Positions 11,427 through 20,968 of a DNA stretch of 64,000 nt are shown one piece after another; the stretch's first letter is position 1, and every line of letters begins with the position of its first letter. This DNA is from Prevotella sp. (GTDB lineage Bacteria; Bacteroidota; Bacteroidia; Bacteroidales; Dysgonomonadaceae). The notes below the pieces were generated by a model. That model ran no database searches, was not told the origin of the DNA, and saw nothing but the letters and a program-made list of their open reading frames with translations. The stretch lies in assembly GCA_031285625.1 (NCBI GenBank), contig JAITVV010000073.1, positions 1-64,000 on the forward strand, written 5' to 3'. The translations under genes were made by a program, and so were the position numbers.

Positions 11427-12752
11427 TTATTCTGTTATATACGATTGCCCTTTGTAGTAGTTTACGAGTTTTTGCTTCAGGTAAAATTTAAGTTTTGCAT
11501 TCAGTTCTTCCGTTTTAGCTGAAAATAGACGATTTGCAGTGGTATGTAAATCCAAAGGACTTGCTAACCCCTCTTTATACTTACGTTCGTTTACTTCATG
11601 TGCTACGGCCATAGCTTCCGCTTGTTTTTTTGCCTGATAATATTCGTCCGCCTGGCCGTTCATATCGGCAACGGCTTGTTCTATCTCACTATAAATTGTA
11701 CGGTAGATCTCGTCCTTTTCGTTTTGAGCAATAATAACTTGCTGTTTGCTTCTCTTTACCTGAGCAGAACGTGAGAATCCATTGAAAATGGGAATTGTAA
11801 GACTAAACCCTATATAATGTCCACGCTTGTCCCTGAGCTGGTCTTTAAAAGAAGAATAATCACTTCCATCCATAAATCTGGAAAAATTAGTTGAATATCC
11901 TGCATTTACAGATATTACAGGAAAAAAACTTCCCTTTGCAACTTTATATGAAAGCTTCTGTACAGCTAAAGTAGACTCTGCCGCTAAAGCCTTAGGTAAA
12001 AAAGATAAAGACTGCTCATATATAGTCAAAGCTGTGTCCTGCGATTTTGCTATTATTTTATCGGATGTATAATCATTTATATCAAATTCTTCATCAATGG
12101 GAAAATTCATTTTCTCTTTTAATTTTATAATTCCGATAATCAACAAATTCTTTTGTTTAGTCAGATTATAATTATCTTCGGCTTCCTTTGCCTGCATTTC
12201 GGCAACATCCGGAAAACCTTTCACACCCAGTTCTTCCATTCGTTTGGTCTGCCTAAGGTTCTCTGTACTTTCCATTAATTGCTGCTCTGCAAGTTTTACC
12301 GATTCTTTATAATATAAAACATTGAAGAAAGCTTCCATTGTTTCGTAAGCAATCATATCATTGATGTCTTGCAACTGCTCCTTACCCATAAGCTTATTCA
12401 TCTTTTGCATTTTCACTCTATTTACATTGGCTAGTCCATCAAATAGAGTCAAAGAAGCATATGCGTTGTAATTATTACTAAAGGTATTTATATCTGTATA
12501 TGTATTCGTCTCCGAGTCTACGCCACGTCCAAAGTTGAAGTTAGCACTGGTATTTGCTTCTATAGCGGGCAATAATTTTCCTATTGCTTCCAGATAGTTT
12601 TGTCCATGGATATTGTTTTGAGCCTCTTGCTTGTTCTTTCGGGGGCTGTTCTCAATAGCATATAACAGACATTCCTGCAATGTCCATTTCTTATCTTGTG
12701 AATTAACATTAATAGCTAATAAAAAAAAGATAATGACGAGAATATGTTTCAT
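11427..12752 (-). CDS. TolC family outer membrane channel
   Basis: Signal peptide, WTLQECLLYAIENS, two OEP repeats (LTLFDG, IPIFNG). Confidence 0.9.
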   Translation of the reverse strand: MKHILVIIFFLLAINVNSQDKKWTLQECLLYAIENSPRKNKQEAQNNIHGQNYLEAIGKLLPAIEANTSANFNFGRGVDSETNTYTDINTFSNNYNAYASLTLFDGLANVNRVKMQKMNKLMGKEQLQDINDMIAYETMEAFFNVLYYKESVKLAEQQLMESTENLRQTKRMEELGVKGFPDVAEMQAKEAEDNYNLTKQKNLLIIGIIKLKEKMNFPIDEEFDINDYTSDKIIAKSQDTALTIYEQSLSFLPKALAAESTLAVQKLSYKVAKGSFFPVISVNAGYSTNFSRFMDGSDYSSFKDQLRDKRGHYIGFSLTIPIFNGFSRSAQVKRSKQQVIIAQNEKDEIYRTIYSEIEQAVADMNGQADEYYQAKKQAEAMAVAHEVNERKYKEGLASPLDLHTTANRLFSAKTEELNAKLKFYLKQKLVNYYKGQSYITE

Positions 12753-12780
12753 ACTAGTTTAGTGATGTTTTACTTAATAT

Positions 12781-12796
12781 TCCCATTATCATGCCA
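12781..12796 (-). promoter_or_regulatory. Putative sigma-54 (-24/-12) promoter of the tolC operon
   Basis: Minus strand TGGCATGATAATGGGA about 30 nt upstream of tolC; canonical -24 TGGCA, degenerate -12. Confidence 0.6.
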
Positions 12797-12851
12797 CATT
12801 AATTAGACATCTGATAATAAATAAATTATATATTTATTTCAATTTAATCGT

Positions 12852-12889
12852 TGTAAAAAAAATTTACACTTTATATTAAAATTTTTACA
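12852..12889. promoter_or_regulatory. Putative enhancer-binding-protein sites (UAS)
   Basis: TGTAAA-N5-TTTACA palindrome at 12852-12868 and a second degenerate copy ending TTTACA at 12889. Confidence 0.5.
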
Positions 12890-12976
12890 TTCTTTCCTTT
12901 TGTTAATGAAAAAGCTGATAGGTTATCTTTCAACTATTTTTTCCTAGTTTTGTAATAAACTAATTTTTTAAAATTC

Positions 12977-13279
12977 ATGGAATCATTTGTAACTGCTATT
13001 ATTGTTGTTTTTGGACTGCTTCAGCTTATTTTGTTTTTCAAGATCTGGGGTATGACTAACGATGTGAATAAGATAAAGAACTTTTTAATATCTAAAATTG
13101 AAGAAAAAGAAGGCTTTAGTAAATTCTCAGAAGGTGATATTGTTATTCATGCAAAGACAGGAAAGGTAATGACAATAAAAAAATTTGACTACAAGACTAA
13201 TAAATATCTGTGCTATTCTGATGATGGTATCTATGAAGGTAGCTATAAAGAAGCTGAATTAGATATTTATGTAGTTTAA
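12977..13279 (+). CDS. Hypothetical membrane protein, C-terminal YodC/DUF2158-like small beta domain
   Basis: TM helix FGLLQLILFFKIWGMTNDV then FSEGDIVIHAKTGKVMTI...C...Y.EAEL; own terminator at 13288-13319. Confidence 0.6.
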   Translation: MESFVTAIIVVFGLLQLILFFKIWGMTNDVNKIKNFLISKIEEKEGFSKFSEGDIVIHAKTGKVMTIKKFDYKTNKYLCYSDDGIYEGSYKEAELDIYVV

Positions 13280-13525
13280 TTAAAAACAAAAGGGCATATC
13301 TTATAAATATACCCTTTTTGAAATCTTTATAAAGCTTTAATCTTCTTCACTAAGAAAGTGATTCAGAACACAAAAAACAAGAAAAGAAAGGTATGCTACA
13401 ATAATTATACCCGGCAAAATCAAATTCATAGTATGCATATCCATGATAAATATCTTTAGAATTATTTTTAAAGATATTCACAGAATGTTTCATTTCAGTT
13501 AAAGTAATATTAATTTTTTGATAAA

Positions 13526-13562
13526 AATAAAGCGCATAAATCAATGATTTATGCGCTTTATT
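13526..13562 (-). terminator. Terminator hairpin downstream of tRNA-Arg
   Basis: AATAAAGCGCATAAATCA-a-TGATTTATGCGCTTTATT perfect inverted repeat. Confidence 0.75.
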
Positions 13563-13571
13563 CTTTCTTAG

Positions 13572-13645
13572 TGACCACGGCAGGATTCAAACCTGCAACC
13601 TTCTGATCCGTAGTCAGATGCTCTATTCAGTTGAGCTACGTAGCC
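13572..13645 (-). tRNA. tRNA-Arg(ACG)
   Basis: Reverse complement GGCTACGTAGCTCAACTGAATAGAGCATCTGACTACGGATCAGAAGGTTGCAGGTTTGAATCCTGCCGTGGTCA folds as a cloverleaf with anticodon ACG; TACCTTTGCA promoter just upstream. Confidence 0.95.
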
Positions 13646-13847
13646 GTTTCTTAAATGCGAATGCAAAGGTAAAATAGTTTTGCATATTATGCAAATATAT
13701 CTTCAAGTATTTTTCATTAAAAAATGATTATCCAAGCCATTAGTGAGCTATTATATTGTATTCAAGAATATTACTATCAAAGCTTTTATCAAATAAAAAA
13801 GCTACCCTTAAGAGAAGGATAGCTTTATATTATTTCAGTTACATTTT

Positions 13848-14867
13848 CTAGTATGCGCTTTCAAACTGATCCAGGAAACGCTGATCATTTTCCGAAAACA
13901 TACGCAAGTCTTTTACTCTATATTTCAAATTTGTAATACGTTCAACCCCCATACCAAGGGCATATCCGGTATATACTTTACTATCAATTCCACAATTCTC
14001 CAATACATTAGGATCGACCATACCACAACCCAAAATCTCTACCCAGCCTGTATATTTGCAAAATGGACAACCTTTACCTCCACAAATATTACATGATATA
14101 TCCATTTCGGCACTTGGCTCGGTAAAAGGGAAATAAGACGGGCGCAAACGGATCTTTGTTTCCGCACCAAACAATTCTTTAGCAACAAATAACAATGCTT
14201 GCTTCAAATCTGCAAATGATACATTCTTGTCTATATATAGAGCCTCTACCTGATGGAAGAAACAATGTGCACGATATGAAATAGCCTCATTACGATAAAC
14301 ACGTCCCGGACATATAATACGGATAGGCGGTTGTTGTTTTTCCATCACCCGTGTTTGTACAGAAGATGTATGTGTACGAAGCACAATCTCAGGACTCCGT
14401 GCAATGAAGAAAGTATCTTGCATATCGCGTGCAGGATGATCATCAGCAAAGTTCAAAGAGGAAAAAACATGCCAGTCGTCTTCTATTTCAGGCCCTTCTG
14501 CAATAGAAAAACCTAGACGACGGAATATATCGCAAATTTCTCTTCTTACGATCGATAATGGATGACGTGTTCCCAACTCGATAGGTGCTGAGGTACGTGT
14601 AAGGTCGATAGCCTCATCACCTGCATTTGAATTTTCCAAAGATTCCTTCAATTGGTTGATACGTTCCTGAGCTTTTTCTTTCAACTCATTCAGCCTCATC
14701 CCTACTTCACGCTTCTGTTCAGCAGCTACATTACGAAAATCATTCATTAATGTAGATATTTCCCCTTTCTTACTCAGGTATTTGATACGCAGTGCTTCTA
14801 TTTCATCTGCTTTAGAAGCTTTCACCTCGTCGATCTCTGCCAACAGTTTGTTTATTTTATCAATCAT
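13848..14867 (-). CDS. pheS: Phenylalanine--tRNA ligase alpha subunit
   Basis: HPARDMQDTFF, LRTHTSSVQ, FHQVEAL, RPSYFPFTEPSAE, GMGVER. Confidence 0.98.
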   Translation of the reverse strand: MIDKINKLLAEIDEVKASKADEIEALRIKYLSKKGEISTLMNDFRNVAAEQKREVGMRLNELKEKAQERINQLKESLENSNAGDEAIDLTRTSAPIELGTRHPLSIVRREICDIFRRLGFSIAEGPEIEDDWHVFSSLNFADDHPARDMQDTFFIARSPEIVLRTHTSSVQTRVMEKQQPPIRIICPGRVYRNEAISYRAHCFFHQVEALYIDKNVSFADLKQALLFVAKELFGAETKIRLRPSYFPFTEPSAEMDISCNICGGKGCPFCKYTGWVEILGCGMVDPNVLENCGIDSKVYTGYALGMGVERITNLKYRVKDLRMFSENDQRFLDQFESAY

Positions 14868-14999
14868 GAATCCTAATTATGAAATTATATTTATAGATTT
14901 TCACTTTGGATTACAAAAATACACTTTTCTTTTTATTATATAATTATTTTGGCTCAATCTATACGAAGAATCTAATTTACACTACAATTTTAAGACTCA

Positions 15000-16484
15000 T
15001 TATATACCAATCTTTGCATCTCGCATATCCCCAGTCTCCATAAATGCTTTATGGAAAGCAAAAGCATTGTATAAGTTAGCTGGAGTCTGCCCTCCCACTC
15101 CATTGGATAAATATTCGCGTAATAACGGGCGATACTCCGGATGAACACAATTTTCAATAATTACTTTCGCCCTGTCTTTCGGTGATTTTCCACGTAGGTC
15201 TGCAATACCATACTCCGAAATTATCACTTTTACAGAGTGTTCACTATGGTCCTGATGGGAAACCATTGGAACAAATGCGCTTATTTTTCCATCTTTTGCT
15301 ATGGATGGGGTTAAGAAGATAGATAGGTATGCACTACGTGCAAAGTCTCCCGACCCACCGATTCCATTCATTATTTTTGATCCCATCACATGAGTCGAAT
15401 TTATATTTCCAAAGATATCTGCCTCTAATGCCGTATTCATAGCTATAATTCCTAAACGTCTCGAAATCTCAGGGTTATTAGATATTTCGGCAGTACGAAA
15501 AATAATTCTTTCCCTGAAAAAATCCAGGTTCTTATAAATACGTTCGATACATGGATTGCTCACCGTCAGAGTACCGCCACTCGCAAACTTTATCCGTCCA
15601 GACTCCATCAAACTGATAACTGCATCTTGTATAACCTCTGTATATACTTCAAAGTCAGGTATCTCTTTGCTTTCACCCATTGCAGCCAATACCGCATTAG
15701 CAATATTACCCACTCCTGATTGTATTGGCAAGAAAGATTCCGGTATATGCCCCAAGCTCATTTCATTCACAAGGAACTTTACCACATTCCGGCCTATTTT
15801 GGAGGTGACTTTATCTACTGGAGCAAAAGTTCCGCCATCATTCGGGATATTTGTTTCTACAACTACTATTTTATCAGGATCAACTTTTATATGATCTTTC
15901 CCTATACGATCACGTACAAAGCAGACAGGAATTTCTTTACGGAAAGGAGGATCCGATAGTTCCAATAGATCATGCATACCCCTCAATTCCTTAGGATGCC
16001 AGTTATTTAGTTCTACAATTACAATTTTAGCAAGACGTGCTATTGTAGGAGAAATACCAACACCGCAGGTAGGTACAATTTCTCCATCTTCAGTAACATT
16101 ACTGGCTTCTATTATAGCAACATCCACAGGACCATAAAAACCATAGCGTAAATCCTGAGCTAAAGTAGACAGATGAAGATCGAAATACTTAACTTCTTCG
16201 TTGTTAATAGCATTTCGTAAATCTTTATTTGTTTGATAAGGTGTACGAAACTTGATGGCATGGGCCCGAGCTAGTGCTCCGTCTATATTATCTCCTGTAG
16301 AAGCCCCTGTAAACATACCTATTTTGAACGGATTTCCTTTTGCATGTTCTGCTTCAGCTCTTTTAGCTAACTCTAAAGGAACAATTTTAGGACATCCGGC
16401 ATGAGTGAAACCACTAAAGCCCACATTATCATCATCATTAATAAGCATAGCTGCTTCTTCTGCTGTAATAAATTTCAAAGCCAT
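15000..16484 (-). CDS. Succinate CoA-transferase / acetyl-CoA hydrolase family
   Basis: GFSGFT, TGASTG, IQSGVGNIANAV, NGIGGSGDFAR, EYGIADLRG. Confidence 0.92.
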   Translation of the reverse strand: MALKFITAEEAAMLINDDDNVGFSGFTHAGCPKIVPLELAKRAEAEHAKGNPFKIGMFTGASTGDNIDGALARAHAIKFRTPYQTNKDLRNAINNEEVKYFDLHLSTLAQDLRYGFYGPVDVAIIEASNVTEDGEIVPTCGVGISPTIARLAKIVIVELNNWHPKELRGMHDLLELSDPPFRKEIPVCFVRDRIGKDHIKVDPDKIVVVETNIPNDGGTFAPVDKVTSKIGRNVVKFLVNEMSLGHIPESFLPIQSGVGNIANAVLAAMGESKEIPDFEVYTEVIQDAVISLMESGRIKFASGGTLTVSNPCIERIYKNLDFFRERIIFRTAEISNNPEISRRLGIIAMNTALEADIFGNINSTHVMGSKIMNGIGGSGDFARSAYLSIFLTPSIAKDGKISAFVPMVSHQDHSEHSVKVIISEYGIADLRGKSPKDRAKVIIENCVHPEYRPLLREYLSNGVGGQTPANLYNAFAFHKAFMETGDMRDAKIGI

Positions 16485-16607
16485 ATTCTTATATATTTAA
16501 TTAGTACAAAATTAGGGTGAATATACATTGTCTGAAATGACAATAATACAGCAAATACTGCCACATATAGGAATTATAATTTATATTTGTTATTTAATAT
16601 CAGAAAA

Positions 16608-17606
16608 ATGAATACCAGGCACATTGTATTTTTAGCTATTCCGGAAGCAACTCTGTTAGACATAACGGGGCCTTACGAAGTATTTACACAGGCTACAGAA
16701 CTAAATATGGAAGAAGGCAAGAAACCTCCATATATTTTACACATTATATCTTCTGAAAGAAGTAAAACTATACGAACTGCATCCGGTTTTACAATACAGT
16801 GTGAAAGTACTATTATGAATATCAATTATAAGATTGATACTCTATTTGTTCCCGGAGTTCCTAACTCTATTCAAACAGAGTATAGACTCAGTAAAAATAC
16901 GCTACAATGGATCAGACAACAAGCAAACATTGTAAGACGCATTTGTTCAGTATGTACAGGTACATTTTTTCTGGCAGAAACAGGAATTTTGGATGGAAAA
17001 ACAGCTACAACACATTGGGCTATGTGCCAAAAGCTTTTACATAATTATCCATCAGTTAAGGTTGAGAACGATCCAATATTTATAAAGGATGAGAATATAT
17101 ATACTTCTGCCGGTATTTCATCTGGAATGGATCTGGCATTAACATTAATAGAAGAAGACCTTAGCAGATCAAAAGCCCTTGAAGTAGCAAAACAAATGGT
17201 ACTCTATCTGAAACGTCCCGGAACCCAGTCACAATATAGTTCAGCCCTGATCTATCAAAGCTCTGATTATAGACCAGTACAAGATATACAGAATTGGATT
17301 TTGGAACATCTGAAAGACCAACTAACCGTTGAGCAATTAGCTGAAAAAGTGTCTATGAGTCCTCGTAATTTTGCTCGTGTATTTGTTAAAGAAACAGGAA
17401 TTACCCCGGCAAAATATATTGACAAACTCCGCATAGAAACAGCTTGTCATTATCTGATTGAGAGTCAGCTCACATTAAAAGAAATAGCAGATATTTGTGG
17501 TTTAGGTACTCCTGACAATATGCGGCGTGTATTTATGAAACACTTGCATATAACACCTTCAGATTACAAAAGAAATTTTGGTACAAGCATGAATAAGCCT
17601 GTCTGA
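16608..17606 (+). CDS. GlxA/FtrA-family transcriptional regulator (DJ-1/PfpI + AraC HTH)
   Basis: SVCTGTFFLA, ATTHW, TSAGISSGMDLAL, MSPRNFARVF; ATG at 16608 chosen as start. Confidence 0.92.
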   Translation: MNTRHIVFLAIPEATLLDITGPYEVFTQATELNMEEGKKPPYILHIISSERSKTIRTASGFTIQCESTIMNINYKIDTLFVPGVPNSIQTEYRLSKNTLQWIRQQANIVRRICSVCTGTFFLAETGILDGKTATTHWAMCQKLLHNYPSVKVENDPIFIKDENIYTSAGISSGMDLALTLIEEDLSRSKALEVAKQMVLYLKRPGTQSQYSSALIYQSSDYRPVQDIQNWILEHLKDQLTVEQLAEKVSMSPRNFARVFVKETGITPAKYIDKLRIETACHYLIESQLTLKEIADICGLGTPDNMRRVFMKHLHITPSDYKRNFGTSMNKPV

Positions 17607-18356
17607 TTACTCTCTAATCAATAATAAACCATTCAAAATCGGATTGATTACATTAGCCTTTTTTAAAACCATCAAGTGATCTCCCCCTTCTATGGGAAAC
17701 GCATTTCTTATCAATTCATAAGGGAAAACCTGATCTTCGGTACCATGTATATGATAAAGGTGCTTACTCTTATTTCGTGGGGTCCAATTCGTAATCTGCT
17801 CTATAGACCATTTAATATAATCAGGATCAACAAAGGTCATTACACTTGTTAATTCTGATGTAGGCATATTATAGACAAAGCGATTGAAAGCATCTGTAAT
17901 GAGTTCTGTTGATGCATACACGCGTTTAGGGATTCTATCAGCTGCATTGGTTCGCTTTGCAGCACGAAATAATATTGGTATCTCTTCCTCGCTCTTAAAT
18001 GTAGATATCAAAATTATTTTAAGAGGAGATAAAAGAAAACTTAATTCCTGAGCAATAACACCACCAAAAGAATATCCAACAAGAATAAACGGACGACTCG
18101 TATCTATTTCTTTAGCGACTGTTTGTACATACTCAGTCAAAGATTCACCAAAATGTGGAACATGCCATTCTATATATTTTTTTATAAAGCCTTCGGGTAA
18201 CTTAAACTCATCAAATACGCTGCAGTTATAACACATACCTGAAATAAAATAAACATTTGTTTCCTTTATTTCTTTTTTCCACAGCTGTTTTATCCTATTG
18301 CTAAACTGCTTAATCCAACTTACTTTTTGCCAATTTATATTTCCATCCTGAGCCAT
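17607..18356 (-). CDS. Alpha/beta hydrolase
   Basis: GYSFGG nucleophile elbow, HIHGTEDQVFP, GGDH; start codon uncertain. Confidence 0.85.
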   Translation of the reverse strand: MAQDGNINWQKVSWIKQFSNRIKQLWKKEIKETNVYFISGMCYNCSVFDEFKLPEGFIKKYIEWHVPHFGESLTEYVQTVAKEIDTSRPFILVGYSFGGVIAQELSFLLSPLKIILISTFKSEEEIPILFRAAKRTNAADRIPKRVYASTELITDAFNRFVYNMPTSELTSVMTFVDPDYIKWSIEQITNWTPRNKSKHLYHIHGTEDQVFPYELIRNAFPIEGGDHLMVLKKANVINPILNGLLLIRE

Positions 18357-18736
18357 AGTTCTGTAGTGCATTATCTAGTATAAAGATAATACTATAAACT
18401 TATTCTAAAAAATATCCTATATCCCGTATTATACATATTAATGATATTGGTGATATTTTCGCCACGTGTCGCTGTTATTTTATATAATTCTACAAAGTCC
18501 TTTCATTCTTTTCGTCTATAATCTTATGCTGTTCGTCAAAGAATATACGTCTTTCTATAACGCCACTTCCTGAAATCAGTGTGGAAATCATTTTCATGGA
18601 GTTGATCATACGAACGAAGATTGATGGCCGATTAAGGAATGTGCATCAGAATAATAATACACCTCAAACGAAGTTATTTTAACAAGAATTACTTAAACTA
18701 TAAATACAGATCAGTTCCAAACATGCGGATATACTG

Positions 18737-18767
18737 AAATCAGGACAACAAATTATTGTCCTGATTT
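18737..18767 (-). terminator. Hairpin downstream of yeiH
   Basis: AAATCAGGACAA-N7-TTGTCCTGATTT. Confidence 0.6.
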
Positions 18768-18793
18768 GAAGAATAGGGAGAAAATCAGGAATT

Positions 18794-19828
18794 TTATTCT
18801 AAAAACACCGGAATATACTTCACAATAAAATACCCTCCAAAGATCAGCCAACAAAACAATATAAAAGCCAGAATAAATGGTTTTGCTCCGGCTTCCTTAA
18901 ACTTCCGCAAATGCGTTTCTATACCCAAAGCAGTCATGGCCATTGTCAACAGGAATGTATCGATATAGTTTATGCCCTCTACAACAACCTGAGGCAACAA
19001 GTCTAGTGAATTGAAGCCGATAACGGCAATAAACCCGAAAGCAAACCAAGGAATAGTGATTTTAACACTACCACCCGAATTACCAGTTCTTGCTTTCATT
19101 TGCTGACCGATAATCAGTGCAAAGATCAACAGCACAGGAGCTAAAAAGATAACTCGTATCATCTTGACTATGATGGCTGCCTCAGATATGCTTTCTCCCA
19201 TCGCATTGCCTGCCCCTACCACATGAGCCACTTCGTGAATTGTAGCCCCGGTATAGAGTCCCCATTGAGTAGATGTGAAGCTCAATATACCGCTTTTAAA
19301 CAACACAGGGTACAGAAACATGGCAATAGTACCAAAGATAACGACAGTAGATACGGCAACTGCTGTTTTGTGTGGTTTATTATTCAATACCGGCTCCATT
19401 CCCAGAATAGCTGCCGCCCCACAGATGGCGCTTCCCGTACTGGTCAGCAAAGCTATTTCCTTGTCTATTTTCAGTAATTTCCCCCAAAATAGGCCCAGAC
19501 ACAATGTACCCGTTATGACGATAATGTCAATTATGATAGCCGAAAGCCCGACAGACATCACATTCTGAAAGGTCAACCGGAAACCGTATAATATAATAGC
19601 TAACCTCAAAAGTTTCTTCGAAGAAAAAGTAATTCCCGGAAGCCACTCTTCGGGCATATTCTTTTTCAGGGTATTACCATAGATCATACCGATAACGATA
19701 CCGATGATAAGCGGACTTAACGATAAATATTTAAATAGATGAAATTCGGCGATATAAAATGATGCACAGGCAAATAGTGCAACAAATAAAACGCCGTCAA
19801 TTGAGTGTATTCTTTTGCTCTCTGTCAT
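18794..19828 (-). CDS. yeiH: YeiH / putative sulfate exporter (PSE, UPF0324) family membrane protein
   Basis: KKLLRLAIILYGF, GSAICGAAA, GATIHEVAHVV, IVKMIRV, MAMTALG. Confidence 0.9.
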   Translation of the reverse strand: MTESKRIHSIDGVLFVALFACASFYIAEFHLFKYLSLSPLIIGIVIGMIYGNTLKKNMPEEWLPGITFSSKKLLRLAIILYGFRLTFQNVMSVGLSAIIIDIIVITGTLCLGLFWGKLLKIDKEIALLTSTGSAICGAAAILGMEPVLNNKPHKTAVAVSTVVIFGTIAMFLYPVLFKSGILSFTSTQWGLYTGATIHEVAHVVGAGNAMGESISEAAIIVKMIRVIFLAPVLLIFALIIGQQMKARTGNSGGSVKITIPWFAFGFIAVIGFNSLDLLPQVVVEGINYIDTFLLTMAMTALGIETHLRKFKEAGAKPFILAFILFCWLIFGGYFIVKYIPVFLE

Positions 19829-19975
19829 ATTATTTTATTTTTTAATTGTTCAAAAGTAAGGCAAATAGCCAATAGTTGTTTCATTATTATACTTATGAGT
19901 CATAAGGAGAAATGATGGTATAACTCATCTTTTTCTTAACTTAGTTGTTCTATTAGTAATAAAACACATCCGGCT

Positions 19976-20866
19976 ATGTTTAATTTCAGATTACAGGTTT
20001 TCCATTCGGTAGCGGTCAATTTAAGTTTCACAAAGGCTGCAAAGGAACTACATATCACTCAGCCTGCCGTAACAGGCAATATAAAAGAACTGGAAAATTC
20101 TCTAGGTATCAGTTTGTTCAATAGGGAGCAGAACAGTATATCGCTGACTAAGGCAGGACAAATCCTGCTGAAATATACCGAGAGAGCCACAGCGGAATAC
20201 AAACAAATAGAATATGAGATCGGGGTACTGCGAAAATCGTTCTCGGGTGAATTAAAGATCGGAGCGAGCACTACAATCGAACAATATATACTGCCTCCGA
20301 TTCTTGCCCGGTTTAATAAAGAACATCTCGAGATTTCAATTTCATTGTATAATAACAATACCATGAATATAGAGAAAGATGTCATATCCCGTAGAATCGA
20401 TCTAGGCATAGTGGAGGGCAATGTAGGCCGCAAAGAGTTTAGGTACGTTCCTTTTATGAAAGATGAGATAGTCGCTTTCGCGCACTCTTTCCAGCCTATA
20501 GCCAAAAAGAAAAAGATCCGGTTGGACGAGTTGATAAAGATACCGATCGTACTAAGGGAAAGCGGCTCCGGGACATTGGACATCATCACGGACGAATTGC
20601 AAAAACATAAAATCAAACTGAAAGATATGAACGTGAGGGTATCTCTTGGCAGTACTGAAAGTATTAAAAACTTTTTAGCTAATGGCAACTACATGGGACT
20701 TGCATCTGTATATGCTATAAAAAAAGAAGTAGCTCAGGGTTATTTTCAGATAATAGATATTGAAGGTTTGAATATTACCCGTACATTCAACTTTATCTAT
20801 CCACAGGGAGAGCAAAACGGACTACTCAATAAATTAATCGATTTTTGTATGAATAACAAGAGGTAA
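19976..20866 (+). CDS. LysR family regulator (YeiE/CysL-like)
   Basis: SFTKAAKELHITQPAVT HTH, IGASTTI, RESGSGT, STESIK; divergent from yeiH. Confidence 0.92.
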   Translation: MFNFRLQVFHSVAVNLSFTKAAKELHITQPAVTGNIKELENSLGISLFNREQNSISLTKAGQILLKYTERATAEYKQIEYEIGVLRKSFSGELKIGASTTIEQYILPPILARFNKEHLEISISLYNNNTMNIEKDVISRRIDLGIVEGNVGRKEFRYVPFMKDEIVAFAHSFQPIAKKKKIRLDELIKIPIVLRESGSGTLDIITDELQKHKIKLKDMNVRVSLGSTESIKNFLANGNYMGLASVYAIKKEVAQGYFQIIDIEGLNITRTFNFIYPQGEQNGLLNKLIDFCMNNKR

Positions 20867-20968
20867 TTTGCCGGGAGTCATAAGATTTGCTTATAATCCA
20901 TAAGTATTTTAGAGAACTATTTTCCGATCAAATTGTATAAATTTGTAATCATCTAAAACAATAGGAAT

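Noticed and set aside
16551-16563. TGGCAGTATTTGC as a sigma-54 promoter for the CoA-transferase
   Set aside because: GG-to-GC spacing is two bases shorter than the strict -24/-12 requirement.
20059-20688. 209-aa minus-strand ORF and the many similar antisense ORFs in the track
   Set aside because: Fully overlap well-supported genes on the opposite strand and have shadow-ORF composition.
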